In this document: positions 19,038 through 28,553 of the stretch, in pieces
How the letters are laid out: each line of letters opens with the position of its first letter
Numbering within the stretch: position 1 is the first letter of the stretch
Assembly (NCBI GenBank): GCA_019751815.1
Contig: JAIEMW010000004.1
Location: 41,933 to 105,932, forward strand
Length of the DNA stretch: 64,000 nt
DNA from: Cyanobacteriota bacterium
Lineage (GTDB): Bacteria; Cyanobacteriota; Vampirovibrionia; Vampirovibrionales; Vampirovibrionaceae
Direction: 5' to 3'
Made by a program: the position numbers and the translations under genes
Notes under the pieces: model-generated
Database searches by the model: none
What the model was told of the DNA's origin: nothing
The model's input: the letters and a program-made list of their open reading frames with translations, nothing else

Positions 19038-20430
19038 TTGGGGCAGCTGGTCTAAAACCCCGGGGGCAAGCCCAACCACTGAAGGTAATCATACTGGTAT
19101 TGAGCAAACCGCCAAGCCAGATACTTCGGCAGTTCGGGGCGATGAGTCCAAGTCATCGAGAGCGGGACAAGATAAGAACGAGACCGATATCAAGACAAAA
19201 ATTCACCGCAGGCTTATCGAAGAAGTTGATTTAAGCAAGCTCAGTGACTCTGACGATCAACAGCTACGGCTACAAGTCAAAGACGCGATTAATCACCTCT
19301 TGCTTGAGGAAAGTGCCCTGCTGACGACAGTGGAGCGGGAACGCCTGATAGAAGAAATCCTCAATGAAACCATGGGATTGGGGCCCTTAGAGCCCCTTCT
19401 CAGAGACAGAAGCATCAACGAGATTATGATCAACGGGCCCAATCTGGTCTTTATCGAACGGGGCGGTAAACTCGTTGAGAGCAACACACGATTTAAAGAC
19501 AATGCCCATTTAATGCAGATCATTGACCGTATTGTCTCTGCCGTGGGCCGACGCGTGGACGAAACACAACCACTGTGCGACGCCCGTCTGAAAGACGGGT
19601 CTCGCTTTAATTGCGTGATTCCACCTCTGGCACTCGACGGTCCCCTTGTCACCATCCGAAAGTTCTCCAAAGATCCCTATAAAATCGCAGATTTAATTCG
19701 CTTTGGCAGCTTGAATGAAGCCGCTGCTGATTTGCTCAGAGGCTTTGTTGAAGCGCGGTTAAATATTGTCATTTCTGGGGGTACGGGCTCCGGTAAAACC
19801 ACACTGCTCAATGTATTATCCAGTTTTATTCCCCACGATGAGCGCATTGTCACCATTGAAGATACCGCAGAATTACAACTCCAACAGCGACATGTTGCTC
19901 GAATGGAGACCCGTCCAGCTAACATAGAGGGCAAAGGTGAAATTACACAGCGCGATTTGGTAAAAAACTCCTTGCGAATGAGGCCTGAGCGAATTGTGCT
20001 AGGGGAGTGTCGTGGAGGTGAGGCCCTGGACATGCTGCAAGCGATGAACACGGGCCATGATGGCTCTCTCACCACACTCCATGCCAATACTCCAAGAGAC
20101 GCGCTACGCAGAATGGAGACCATGGTGATGATGGCAGGCTATGATTTGCCTATCCGGGCGATTAGAGAGCAAATCGCCTCAGCAGTGAATGTGATTATCC
20201 AAGCCACTCGACTCTCCGATGGGAGCCGGCGGGTGATGAACGTGACCGAAGTGGTGGGCATGGAAGGCGATATTATCTTGCTTCAAGATGTCTTTATCTT
20301 CCAGCAAATGGGTTTGGATGAAAACGGTAAAGTGATCGGTGAATTTAAACACACTGGCGTCAGACCTAAGTTTATGGATGCTCTCATAGCAGCAGGTGTT
20401 CATCTGGGTGAAGGTACCTTTAATAGCTGA
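19006..20430 (+). CDS. cpaF: Tad pilus ATPase CpaF/TadA
   Basis: [55 protein letters not shown]; start could be ATG 19018. Confidence 0.96.
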   Translation: MLRLMSFSKHNWGSWSKTPGASPTTEGNHTGIEQTAKPDTSAVRGDESKSSRAGQDKNETDIKTKIHRRLIEEVDLSKLSDSDDQQLRLQVKDAINHLLLEESALLTTVERERLIEEILNETMGLGPLEPLLRDRSINEIMINGPNLVFIERGGKLVESNTRFKDNAHLMQIIDRIVSAVGRRVDETQPLCDARLKDGSRFNCVIPPLALDGPLVTIRKFSKDPYKIADLIRFGSLNEAAADLLRGFVEARLNIVISGGTGSGKTTLLNVLSSFIPHDERIVTIEDTAELQLQQRHVARMETRPANIEGKGEITQRDLVKNSLRMRPERIVLGECRGGEALDMLQAMNTGHDGSLTTLHANTPRDALRRMETMVMMAGYDLPIRAIREQIASAVNVIIQATRLSDGSRRVMNVTEVVGMEGDIILLQDVFIFQQMGLDENGKVIGEFKHTGVRPKFMDALIAAGVHLGEGTFNS

Positions 20431-20492
20431 AGGCCCGTTTCTTCGTTAATCTTGCGTAAAGTTGGGTTTGCTTTATACACGGACTGGGCATA

Positions 20493-20506
20493 ATACCTAT
20501 AGGTAT
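20493..20506. promoter_or_regulatory. Perfect 14-bp palindrome upstream of tadB (possible operator)
   Basis: ATACCTATAGGTAT equals its own reverse complement; lies in the tadA-tadB spacer. Confidence 0.3.
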
Positions 20507-20586
20507 ATATGTTATGTGTGTGTTGTTCTTTTTCCAATCTGTTCTAAGTTATTTCTAGGGCTTTTCGGTTCTTTACGAGTGAGTGT

Positions 20587-21573
20587 GTGACCGTGTTAAA
20601 TTTAGACTTTATCCTTATTTTAGGCATTGCACTACCCGTCTTCTTATTTTTGATGGGTCTGTATAAAACCATGTTTGAAAAACATGTAGACGCCCGAGAA
20701 AAAGTAAAACAGCTCATTGCCAAACAGCCACAGCGATCTGTCTATACACAGTCTTCTGTTTTAATGGCAAACAGCAACTTACCCCAAGCCTCTATCTTAA
20801 GGAAAAAAAATCAAAACAAACATAACTTTCTCACCACACTCGATCAAGATTTAGAGCGGGGGAACTTGCTCATTCGGGGCTACGAATATGTGTTTATTTG
20901 TCTAGGTTTAGGCGGTCTATTATTCATTTTGAGCATGTTATTGTTCGGTCAATCATTCCTGGTGGCACTATTAATAGGGGCTGGTGGGGGCTTTTCTCCC
21001 ATGGGATTTTTAAAAGTGAAAATCTGGCTTCGCATGAAAAAAGCTGGGGAACAATTTGCGGATGTCTTAGACGCTCTAGGAAATTGTTTTAAAACAGGGT
21101 TTGGTTTTAACCGGGGCATACAAACCATTGCCGAAAACTTTGAAGACCCATGGGGGACTGAATTTAACAAGATGGCCGTGGAAACCAATTTGGGCGCCAC
21201 CCAAGATCAAGTACTGAATAATCTCGCACGCCGAATTCCATCCACTGATGTGGATTTATTCGTGACGGCGGTGAGTATCCAGAAGGAAACGGGCGGCAAT
21301 ATGGCAGAGATTCTTTCAACCCTCAGCAAAACCGTGCGGGAGCGCTATAAGCTGTACCGTAAAGTATCGGCCATCTCTGCCCAGGGAAAATTATCAGCGG
21401 GTATAGTCATATGCGTCCCGTTTTTTTTGATGCTGATTATGTATGCTTTTTTACCCAAAGCAATGATGGATTTTATCACCAACCCTGTCGGGATTGTGCT
21501 CATGATTATTGCTGGTTTTTGGATGATCTGTGGGATTTGTGTGTTGTTTAAAATCGTCCAGGTCGAAGTGTAA
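20587..21573 (+). CDS. tadB: Tad inner-membrane platform TadB
   Basis: T2SSF-like domain, IQKETGGNMAEIL, SAQGKLSA; TM segments. Confidence 0.93.
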   Translation: MTVLNLDFILILGIALPVFLFLMGLYKTMFEKHVDAREKVKQLIAKQPQRSVYTQSSVLMANSNLPQASILRKKNQNKHNFLTTLDQDLERGNLLIRGYEYVFICLGLGGLLFILSMLLFGQSFLVALLIGAGGGFSPMGFLKVKIWLRMKKAGEQFADVLDALGNCFKTGFGFNRGIQTIAENFEDPWGTEFNKMAVETNLGATQDQVLNNLARRIPSTDVDLFVTAVSIQKETGGNMAEILSTLSKTVRERYKLYRKVSAISAQGKLSAGIVICVPFFLMLIMYAFLPKAMMDFITNPVGIVLMIIAGFWMICGICVLFKIVQVEV

Positions 21574-21597
21574 TATAAAGTCGAAGTGTAATATAAA
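21562..21597 (+). repeat. Perfect 18-bp tandem duplication across the tadB stop codon
   Basis: GTCGAAGTGTAATATAAA occurs twice in tandem. Confidence 0.9.
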
Positions 21598-21612
21598 TAG
21601 GACTGAAACACG

Positions 21613-22590
21613 GTGGAAATTGCGTTACTCTTACTCTGTATGATAGGCACTGTCTTGATGGGGGTGCTGGGGATTAAAAGTACCCAGCAAGAAGCCAGTA
21701 CAGTTCAACTCCGAATTAGTGCGATGACACAAACCAATTATCCTGGCTATGACCCCAGTAAACAGCTACTTCGAGATCAGGCCTTAAAACAGTCGTTTAA
21801 TGAGCGGGTACTCTTTCCCTTTGCGCAGTCCATTTTTGATAAAACCCAGCAATTTATTCCACTCACAAGCCAGTCTTGGGTCAAGAAAAAACTCATTCAG
21901 GCAGGGTATCATAAGCCACACTACCCCAAGATTTTTTTGGGAATTCAATTAATTTGTACGCTCACAATTTTTGGCACCTTATTTGCAATTACCAGTCTAT
22001 TCGGGCAATTTGGCGGTATGATCAGCATTTTAGTCTCCGGTTTTTTTGGGATGAGTGGCTATATAATGCCCATGCTGTGGTTGTTCCAACAAGCGCAAAA
22101 GCGACAAGAAAGTATTCAGAAAAGCTTACCTGATTTTTTAGATCTGCTGATTATTTGTGTCGAAGCCGGTCTGGGCTTAGATACTGCCATTCATAAAATT
22201 GTGCAGATTAATAACGAACGCACCTCATCCTTTCTGCGCGATGAGCTCATTCGTTATAACAATGATTTGGCTCTGGGCAAACCACGACGTGACGCGATGG
22301 TCGATATGGCCATCAGAACCGGTGTGGAAGATTTACAGATGATTATGAATGCCTTGGTTCAAGCATTTGAAATGGGTTCCAGCGTTGCTTTTACCCTGCG
22401 TGTTCAAGCCGACACGTTGCGAAACAAGCGCTTGCAAAAGGCCGAAGAAAAGGCCAACAAGGTGGCCGTCAAAATGGTTTTACCCATTTATATTTTTCTA
22501 TTTCCGGCCATTTTTGTCACCATTTTTGGGCCAATTGGCCTGATTATGATTAACACCATCATGGAGATTTTCTCCAAAGTGAGTCTTTAA
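21613..22590 (+). CDS. tadC: Tad inner-membrane platform TadC
   Basis: LPDFLDLLIICVEAGLGLD, AEEKANKVAVKMVLP..FLFP. Confidence 0.94.
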   Translation: MEIALLLLCMIGTVLMGVLGIKSTQQEASTVQLRISAMTQTNYPGYDPSKQLLRDQALKQSFNERVLFPFAQSIFDKTQQFIPLTSQSWVKKKLIQAGYHKPHYPKIFLGIQLICTLTIFGTLFAITSLFGQFGGMISILVSGFFGMSGYIMPMLWLFQQAQKRQESIQKSLPDFLDLLIICVEAGLGLDTAIHKIVQINNERTSSFLRDELIRYNNDLALGKPRRDAMVDMAIRTGVEDLQMIMNALVQAFEMGSSVAFTLRVQADTLRNKRLQKAEEKANKVAVKMVLPIYIFLFPAIFVTIFGPIGLIMINTIMEIFSKVSL

Positions 22591-22817
22591 TTCATTTTCA
22601 TCAAAAATAAAAGACTCTCTCGCTATGCAAGTCGCTGCTTTACAGATAGCCATGCTTTGCGTATGATAAGCGCCTATTTATGGATTGTGTTCAGGTATAT
22701 TTCGTCACTTTCAGAAACTAATTTGCGTTTGCCGTCTGTTTGTCGGCGTTGTTTCTGAGCTGATGTGTATTTCTGACACGTATGGATTGTTTGTTCGAGA
22801 GAAAAGGAGATTCCACT

Positions 22818-24296
22818 ATGGCAACAGCCGTTGCAACAAAAACCTACAAAAACCTGATTGATGGGGAGTGGTTTGAAAAAAACGAACAGTTTGATGTGGA
22901 AAACCCTGCCACCCGTGAGATTGTCGGGCGTGTTCCTCGCTGCGACAGAAAAGACGTGGACAGAGCCGTCAAAGCAGCACGTGTTGCCTTTGAATCTGGG
23001 AAATGGCCCAAAATGTCTGCTGGAGATCGCGGTCGACTCCTCTACAAAATCGGGCAATTGATCCGCGAGAACGCTGAAGAGTTTGCCCGTTTAGAATCCA
23101 TTACCAACGGCAAACCCATTCGCGAAACCCGTTTAGCCGATGTGGCATTAGCAGCTGACTGCTTTGAATACTATGCCGGCTACACCAACAAGATCCACGG
23201 GGAAACAGTACCAACCCCTGGCAATAGCTTTAACTACACCCTCAGAGAGCCCGTCGGTGTGGTTGCCCAAATTATTCCCTGGAACTTTCCACTCTTGATG
23301 GCAGCCTGGAAGATTGCCCCCGCCTTATGCGCCGGCAATACCGTCATTTTAAAACCAGCCTCTATCACCCCACTCACCGCCCTAAAACTGGCTGAAGTGA
23401 TTACTGAAGCCGGCGTTCCTCGCGGTGTTGTTAACGTGATTACTGGACCTGGGGCTGAAATTGGTGAGTACCTCGCCAGCCATCCAGAAGTCGACAAGGT
23501 GGCCTTCACCGGTGAAACCGTCACCGGCCGTCTGATTATGCAAATGGCTTCTGGCACAATGAAAAAAGTCTCTCTCGAGCTGGGCGGCAAATCACCCAAC
23601 ATCGTCTTTGCCGATGCTGACCTCAATAAAGCCGTCGACGGAGCTCTGTTTGGTATCTTCTTCAACCAAGGCCAAGTTTGCTGCGCCGGTAGCCGACTCT
23701 TCGTGGAAGAAGGTATCTACGACGAGTTTGTGAAACGCTTTGTTGAAAAGGCTCGTAAAATCCGCGTCGGTGACCCACTGGACGAAAACACCCAGATGGG
23801 GGCCCTTGCCAGTGAGTCTCAGCTGAGAAAAGTTTCTGAGTTTGTGGAAATTGGCCAACGCGAAGGCGCCACACTGGCTTATGGTGGTAACCCCATCACC
23901 AATCTGCCTGGCTACTTCTTTGAACCCACCATCTTTACCAATGTCACCAACACCATGCGTATTGCTCAAGAAGAAATTTTTGGCCCCGTGGTCTGCGTGA
24001 TCAAGTTCAAAGATGAGAAAGACGCCATCTTCCAAGCCAATGACACCATCTACGGTTTGGCCAGTGCCGTCTGGACCCAAGACCTCACCAAAGCCCACCG
24101 CGTGGCTCGTGCGATCAAAGCCGGCACCGTTTGGGTGAACACCTACAACCAACTGCCCAACGAAGCTGCCTTTGGTGGGTACAAGCAGTCCGGGGTTGGT
24201 CGCGAACTGGGCGTCCACGCTTTGGAACTGTATACCCAGGTTAAAAGCGTTTTTGTTGATCTCAACGAAAAACCCATGGGCTGGTATGATAACTAG
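22818..24296 (+). CDS. NAD-dependent aldehyde dehydrogenase
   Basis: IIPWNFP, FTGET, LELGGKSP, NQGQVCCAG, EEIFGPV, FGGYKQSG; ATG 22818 with AAGGAG RBS. Confidence 0.97.
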   Translation: MATAVATKTYKNLIDGEWFEKNEQFDVENPATREIVGRVPRCDRKDVDRAVKAARVAFESGKWPKMSAGDRGRLLYKIGQLIRENAEEFARLESITNGKPIRETRLADVALAADCFEYYAGYTNKIHGETVPTPGNSFNYTLREPVGVVAQIIPWNFPLLMAAWKIAPALCAGNTVILKPASITPLTALKLAEVITEAGVPRGVVNVITGPGAEIGEYLASHPEVDKVAFTGETVTGRLIMQMASGTMKKVSLELGGKSPNIVFADADLNKAVDGALFGIFFNQGQVCCAGSRLFVEEGIYDEFVKRFVEKARKIRVGDPLDENTQMGALASESQLRKVSEFVEIGQREGATLAYGGNPITNLPGYFFEPTIFTNVTNTMRIAQEEIFGPVVCVIKFKDEKDAIFQANDTIYGLASAVWTQDLTKAHRVARAIKAGTVWVNTYNQLPNEAAFGGYKQSGVGRELGVHALELYTQVKSVFVDLNEKPMGWYDN

Positions 24297-24323
24297 TCCT
24301 TAAAAACTAGCTTAAAAAACGAG

Positions 24324-24362
24324 ATGGAATGCCCGGTGAGGTTCATCGGGCGTTCCGTTTTA
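24324..24362 (+). terminator. Hairpin/intrinsic terminator after the ALDH gene
   Basis: ATGGAATGCCCGGTGA / TCATCGGGCGTTCCGT stem followed by a short T-run. Confidence 0.6.
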
Positions 24363-24372
24363 ACACTTACTC

Positions 24373-24813
24373 ATGAGTATCCCTCAAGACAGGACTGGCA
24401 TGACAGAACTCGTATCCCCCTCTCCCTCACAATCCAATTCGTTGCAGACCATCGTGCTGGAAGAGCCCGCACGGACCGTGTTGGCAGAAATCCTGGAAAA
24501 ATTGGCGGTAGACCGGGCCGGAAGACCCAGTGCTATTTTAATTGGTGGAGGGTGTTGCGACGGGCTCCAAGCACAATTGGTCGATCGTGGATTGATTAAC
24601 CGCTTTAATGACAAGCATATTGGCTGTATTGCTATTGCAAGCAGTCTCACATTAGACGTCTTTGCGGCGACCAGTGCTGCGTATCTTGATAATGCAATGC
24701 TCACGCTGGCGTTACTCCCTCTACCAGCGGATCACAGCAGTGATAGCGTCTCACTCGAAACCCGTTACGGCTTTCAATTACAGATGCAGCAAAGCGCCTG
24801 CCTGAAATCTTAA
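24373..24813 (+). CDS. Divergent DUF779-like protein
   Basis: GGGCCDG and SVSLETRYG resemble the DUF779 GGCCDG/FSLE motifs; that family commonly follows ALDH genes. Confidence 0.6.
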   Translation: MSIPQDRTGMTELVSPSPSQSNSLQTIVLEEPARTVLAEILEKLAVDRAGRPSAILIGGGCCDGLQAQLVDRGLINRFNDKHIGCIAIASSLTLDVFAATSAAYLDNAMLTLALLPLPADHSSDSVSLETRYGFQLQMQQSACLKS

Positions 24814-25171
24814 AGCTTTCTAAAAAACAAACGTTTTTTTAAAAACTGGGTTTATAGTGAATGTATCAAGAGAGAGGCGTAATCAGAGAGACGATCATTA
24901 AGAGTCGGTATTGATTTCTCACTCTTGATAGCCAAACACAATGTTTTACTTCTCTTTTTTTAGTTGCTTGCTCTTCTTCTATTCCGGGAAATCATAGGCT
25001 GGGGTTCATTTCAATCAAAAATCGGTGAAGTCGTTTCTAAAAGCTCGGGTGTTGTTTTGAACGCGCTGGCCAATCTTAAGAATCTCTCAATAATGTCAGC
25101 ATCAATTTTTTCTCCCCGATGGGTTTTATACTAATAGAGGTAGTATTCGAGTTTTTATTAAGGAGTCTCAT

Positions 25172-25588
25172 TTGCAAGGCATCGGCTACAAACCGCAACA
25201 GTTTCAGTCCAGTAGCAATCCGTTTGCTGGTTCTGGTGCTTCTGGCAGCCTGCAGCAGGCCCGCTTTGGCCAAAGCCAACGTCCTTCTGGCACCAGTCTT
25301 GCAGAAAAAGGCGCAGGGGCTCAAGTCCCTCAAGTCAACCTCCTTCGCGGAGCAGACGCCACGATGCCCCAGGGCAATTTGCTTCAGCCAGCTCAAAGCG
25401 TGAAACCTCGGCCTGCTTCTCAGATTCAAGGGGCCACCAGTATTAATCAAGCCGCCTTCGGTGGCATTGGCCCAAGCCAATCGGCTGGCGCTCAGCAAGC
25501 CCAAGCCAATCCAGCAAATGTCCAAGGCAATCTGCTACAACCTAGTGCAGGCATTGGGCAAGGTAACAGACTGTTTACTTTGGCCTAA
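25172..25588 (+). CDS. Low-complexity Q/G/A/S-rich hypothetical protein
   Basis: TTG start 6 nt after AAGGAG; QGNLLQP occurs twice; ends GQGNRLFTLA; followed by a terminator. Confidence 0.7.
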   Translation: MQGIGYKPQQFQSSSNPFAGSGASGSLQQARFGQSQRPSGTSLAEKGAGAQVPQVNLLRGADATMPQGNLLQPAQSVKPRPASQIQGATSINQAAFGGIGPSQSAGAQQAQANPANVQGNLLQPSAGIGQGNRLFTLA

Positions 25589-25607
25589 CGACAATTTTTT
25601 AAATCTC

Positions 25608-25636
25608 AAAACCCCTGTCAGACGGCAGGGGTTTTG
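25608..25636 (+). terminator. Intrinsic terminator
   Basis: AAAACCCCTGTC-AGAC-GGCAGGGGTTTT hairpin. Confidence 0.75.
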
Positions 25637-25702
25637 CTTATGGCGTGATTCTCTTTGTGCTACCGTGTGCTCAAGAGAATATCAATACTATAGAAACCCT
25701 TT

Positions 25703-26821
25703 GTGATGACTACCAAGCAAACAGTTCCAGAACAGGCAACACCAGAACAGGCTCTCATTCAGACCATACAGGCCCGGCTTGGGGAAATTTCAATGGGGCA
25801 AGATTTGGGCGGGCACTTTCTGGGAGATGATGCCGCATGGAACCCAGAAACCCGGACTGTTACGACCACGGATCTATTGGTTGAAGGACAGCATTTTGAC
25901 ACGGGCTATTTTAGCCTGAGTGATATTGGCTGGAAGGCTATGGCAGTGAATTATAGCGATATTGCTGCGATGGGTGCCTATCCAGACTCTGCCCTGGTGA
26001 GTCTGGGCCTGCCAAAAACCAGTACGAACCAAGATATTAACGCCCTGTATGACGGCATTATCGATGCCTTAAAGCATTTTGGCGGTCAAGTGATTGGGGG
26101 AGACACCGTCGGCGCCCCCTGCTGGATTGTGAACGTTTGCATGTCAGGAAAGCTCAGGCCTCAAGATGCCCCTGGATTTCGCAGCGGCGCACAGGCCGGG
26201 GATATTATCATGTCAACCGGCTTTCATGGACTAAGCGCCTTGGGCCTGTGGGCCTATCAAACCCTGGGGAAAACAGCGGCAGAGTCCCGGTTTCCCGTTG
26301 CCACAGCCCATCACCGAAGACCCACCCCACAACTGAAAGCTGGTCAGCTACTGAGCCAGCTGGCTGGAGAAAAGATATTACCCCACTACAGCCTGATGGA
26401 CAGCAGTGATGGATTGGCAGATGCGGTGCTCCAGCTCTGCAGCAAAAGCAGTCACAGCGAGTCAGGCAAATTCTTAGCGGGTACTATCGAAGAAGCTCGT
26501 ATCCCTGTCCATCCCGAATTAACTGCGGCCAAAGACGCCTTTCCTGAGCTTTCTCTTCTCGATCTCGTACTCTACGGTGGAGAAGATTTTGAGCTGGTCG
26601 CCACAGTCCCTAAAACGCTTTCTGAGAATGCGAAGCACACGAAAGAGCTTGCCCAACTACTTGCCCAACTATGGAAGTACTTTCAGCCTATTGGATATAT
26701 CTCGCCTGAAGAAAGCACGTTACTAGAAAGCACATTACTTCACTCTTCTGGAGACAGAAGCCGTCTGGATTCAGGGTATATATTCAACCATTTTTCCGGC
26801 GAAGCTGGGCTACGCTCCTGA
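25703..26821 (+). CDS. thiL: Thiamine-monophosphate kinase
   Basis: GDDAA, TTDLLVEGQHF, NYSDIAAMGA, IGGDT, MDSSDGL, GGEDFEL. Confidence 0.95.
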   Translation: MMTTKQTVPEQATPEQALIQTIQARLGEISMGQDLGGHFLGDDAAWNPETRTVTTTDLLVEGQHFDTGYFSLSDIGWKAMAVNYSDIAAMGAYPDSALVSLGLPKTSTNQDINALYDGIIDALKHFGGQVIGGDTVGAPCWIVNVCMSGKLRPQDAPGFRSGAQAGDIIMSTGFHGLSALGLWAYQTLGKTAAESRFPVATAHHRRPTPQLKAGQLLSQLAGEKILPHYSLMDSSDGLADAVLQLCSKSSHSESGKFLAGTIEEARIPVHPELTAAKDAFPELSLLDLVLYGGEDFELVATVPKTLSENAKHTKELAQLLAQLWKYFQPIGYISPEESTLLESTLLHSSGDRSRLDSGYIFNHFSGEAGLRS

Positions 26822-26828
26822 TAAAATA

Positions 26829-27638
26829 ATGGCTGGTGCCAACTCATTGCGAAAGGCCAAAATGACTTCTCCTGAAAATACAGTTTCTGACAAAACACCC
26901 CCCCTGGCCTGGGCACTGGTTGTCGCCGGTGGCGTCGGTGTTCGCTTTTGCGCTCCACATTCTCACCACCCGGATAAGCTCCTCGCCACGTTAGGGGGAA
27001 CCCCTTTACTGGTAAGAACCATGGAGGCCTTTGCCAAGGCTCACACCATTGAAGGCATCATTTTGGTTGCTCATCCTGATAAACGGGTTCGCTACAATGA
27101 GATCCTTCACCAATACGGAATACAGAAACCACTCCATGTGGTCGATGGAGGGGAGTCACGAAGAGCTTCGGTCTATAACGGTCTCTGCGCCATGCAAACG
27201 CTCAGTAACCCGCGTATGGTTGCTGTTCATGATGCCGCTCGCCCGCTGATTGACCCGGAATGCATCGACCGAGCCGTCTCAAAATTAGCGCATTCAGAAA
27301 CAGCGCAAGGTGTTGTCGTGGGTATCCCTATCCACGATACAGTCAAGCGTGTCGATTCAGAAGGCTCGATTATCCAGACCGAAGATAGACGCTCACTTTG
27401 GCGAGCACAAACCCCCCAAGTGTTTTGGCTCAACGCATTAAAACGGGCCCATGAAACAGCCAGTGCAGACCTTAGCGTGACGGATGATAGCCAATTGATA
27501 GAAATGACCGGCACAGGTCCGGTCGAAACTCTCCTCGGCAGTGAGTTCAATCTCAAAATAACCACCCCAGAAGATTTGCTCACCGCAGAGTCCTGGCTTC
27601 ACCGCCATCAGCACCCACACGAAGTCCATCATCGTTAA
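26829..27638 (+). CDS. ispD: 2-C-methyl-D-erythritol 4-phosphate cytidylyltransferase
   Basis: AGGVGVRF, GGESRRASV, VHDAARP, AQTPQ, TDD, NLKITTPEDL; start uncertain. Confidence 0.95.
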   Translation: MAGANSLRKAKMTSPENTVSDKTPPLAWALVVAGGVGVRFCAPHSHHPDKLLATLGGTPLLVRTMEAFAKAHTIEGIILVAHPDKRVRYNEILHQYGIQKPLHVVDGGESRRASVYNGLCAMQTLSNPRMVAVHDAARPLIDPECIDRAVSKLAHSETAQGVVVGIPIHDTVKRVDSEGSIIQTEDRRSLWRAQTPQVFWLNALKRAHETASADLSVTDDSQLIEMTGTGPVETLLGSEFNLKITTPEDLLTAESWLHRHQHPHEVHHR

Positions 27639-27659
27639 TTCTTTAAGGCCTGATCGTTT

Positions 27660-28361
27660 ATGTACACTTTTATCAAAGGTCAACTTGCACACCAGTCGGC
27701 GAATTCACCCAAAGGCGCATTCTGGTGGGTCGATGTCAACGGCTTGGGTCTGGAGATCGCAACCACAGAAGCCGAAGTCCACGACGCGGGTTGGCAAATT
27801 GGTGATAGTGTTTTGATCTACACCGCGCTGATTGTCCGGGAAGATAATTTATCCTTGGTGGGTTTTGCCACTCGCAGTAAGCGGGATTTGTTTCATATCT
27901 TGCAAACCGCCAGTGGTGTTGGAGTTAAGGTGGCACTTTCGCTACTAAACCATCTGAGTGTGAGTGAGATTGTCCAAGCAGTGCTTGCAGAAGACCATAA
28001 ACCACTGACTCAGGCCAAAGGAGTTGGTCCGAAATTGGCACAGAAAATGACCCTTGAGCTGAAAGAGAAAATGACCCAGTGGCATGACACAGCTGATTCC
28101 AGCCTAGAACAGTTTCAGATACAACGCGGGAAAAACGGAGAAGGGGCTTTCGACGATGCTGGCAAACTAACACCTGCTCAGCTGGCTGCTTATCAAGAAG
28201 CCCAAAGTGTGATGTATTCCCTGGGCTATACATCAGAAGAAGTGTCCAAGAGTTTTCAGAACATTTTATCTCCCATAACGTCTAAACAAGATATCAACGC
28301 AGATTTCAGCTCAGAATGGATCCTCAAAGAGGCATTACGGTGGCTCGCCAAACACGTGTAA
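27660..28361 (+). CDS. ruvA: Holliday junction branch migration protein RuvA
   Basis: DVNGLG, VRED, SGVGVKVAL, KGVGPKLAQKMTLELKEK, SLGY. Confidence 0.95.
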   Translation: MYTFIKGQLAHQSANSPKGAFWWVDVNGLGLEIATTEAEVHDAGWQIGDSVLIYTALIVREDNLSLVGFATRSKRDLFHILQTASGVGVKVALSLLNHLSVSEIVQAVLAEDHKPLTQAKGVGPKLAQKMTLELKEKMTQWHDTADSSLEQFQIQRGKNGEGAFDDAGKLTPAQLAAYQEAQSVMYSLGYTSEEVSKSFQNILSPITSKQDINADFSSEWILKEALRWLAKHV

Positions 28362-28408
28362 ACGGCTTCATTTACCTGGCTCTATGAGAGATAACATTCA
28401 ATCTGGCC

Positions 28409-28435
28409 TCAACTTTTTGGATCATCCGTCGATAC
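28409..28435 (+). promoter_or_regulatory. Sigma-28 (FliA)-like promoter
   Basis: TCAA-N15-GTCGATAC versus consensus TAAA-N15-GCCGATAA; upstream of the YvyF-like pair. Confidence 0.5.
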
Positions 28436-28553
28436 CAGTAAACAGAGACAACAGCAAACAGATCAGAAACAGAATAAAAATATTTTGGAACAAGCATGGT
28501 CTGATAAAATTTTTGTAGTCTGGAAGTGCCACCCCCCAAGGTAAAAATCTATC

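Noticed and set aside
21562..21597. Direct repeats as a CRISPR remnant or target-site duplication
   Set aside because: Only two adjacent copies, with no spacer, cas genes or transposase.
23592..24218. 208-aa antisense ORF
   Set aside because: Shadow of the strongly codon-biased ALDH gene.
25076..25525. Alternative ORFs overlapping the Q/G-rich gene
   Set aside because: The 25172 frame has the RBS, terminator and internal repeat; the others lack support.
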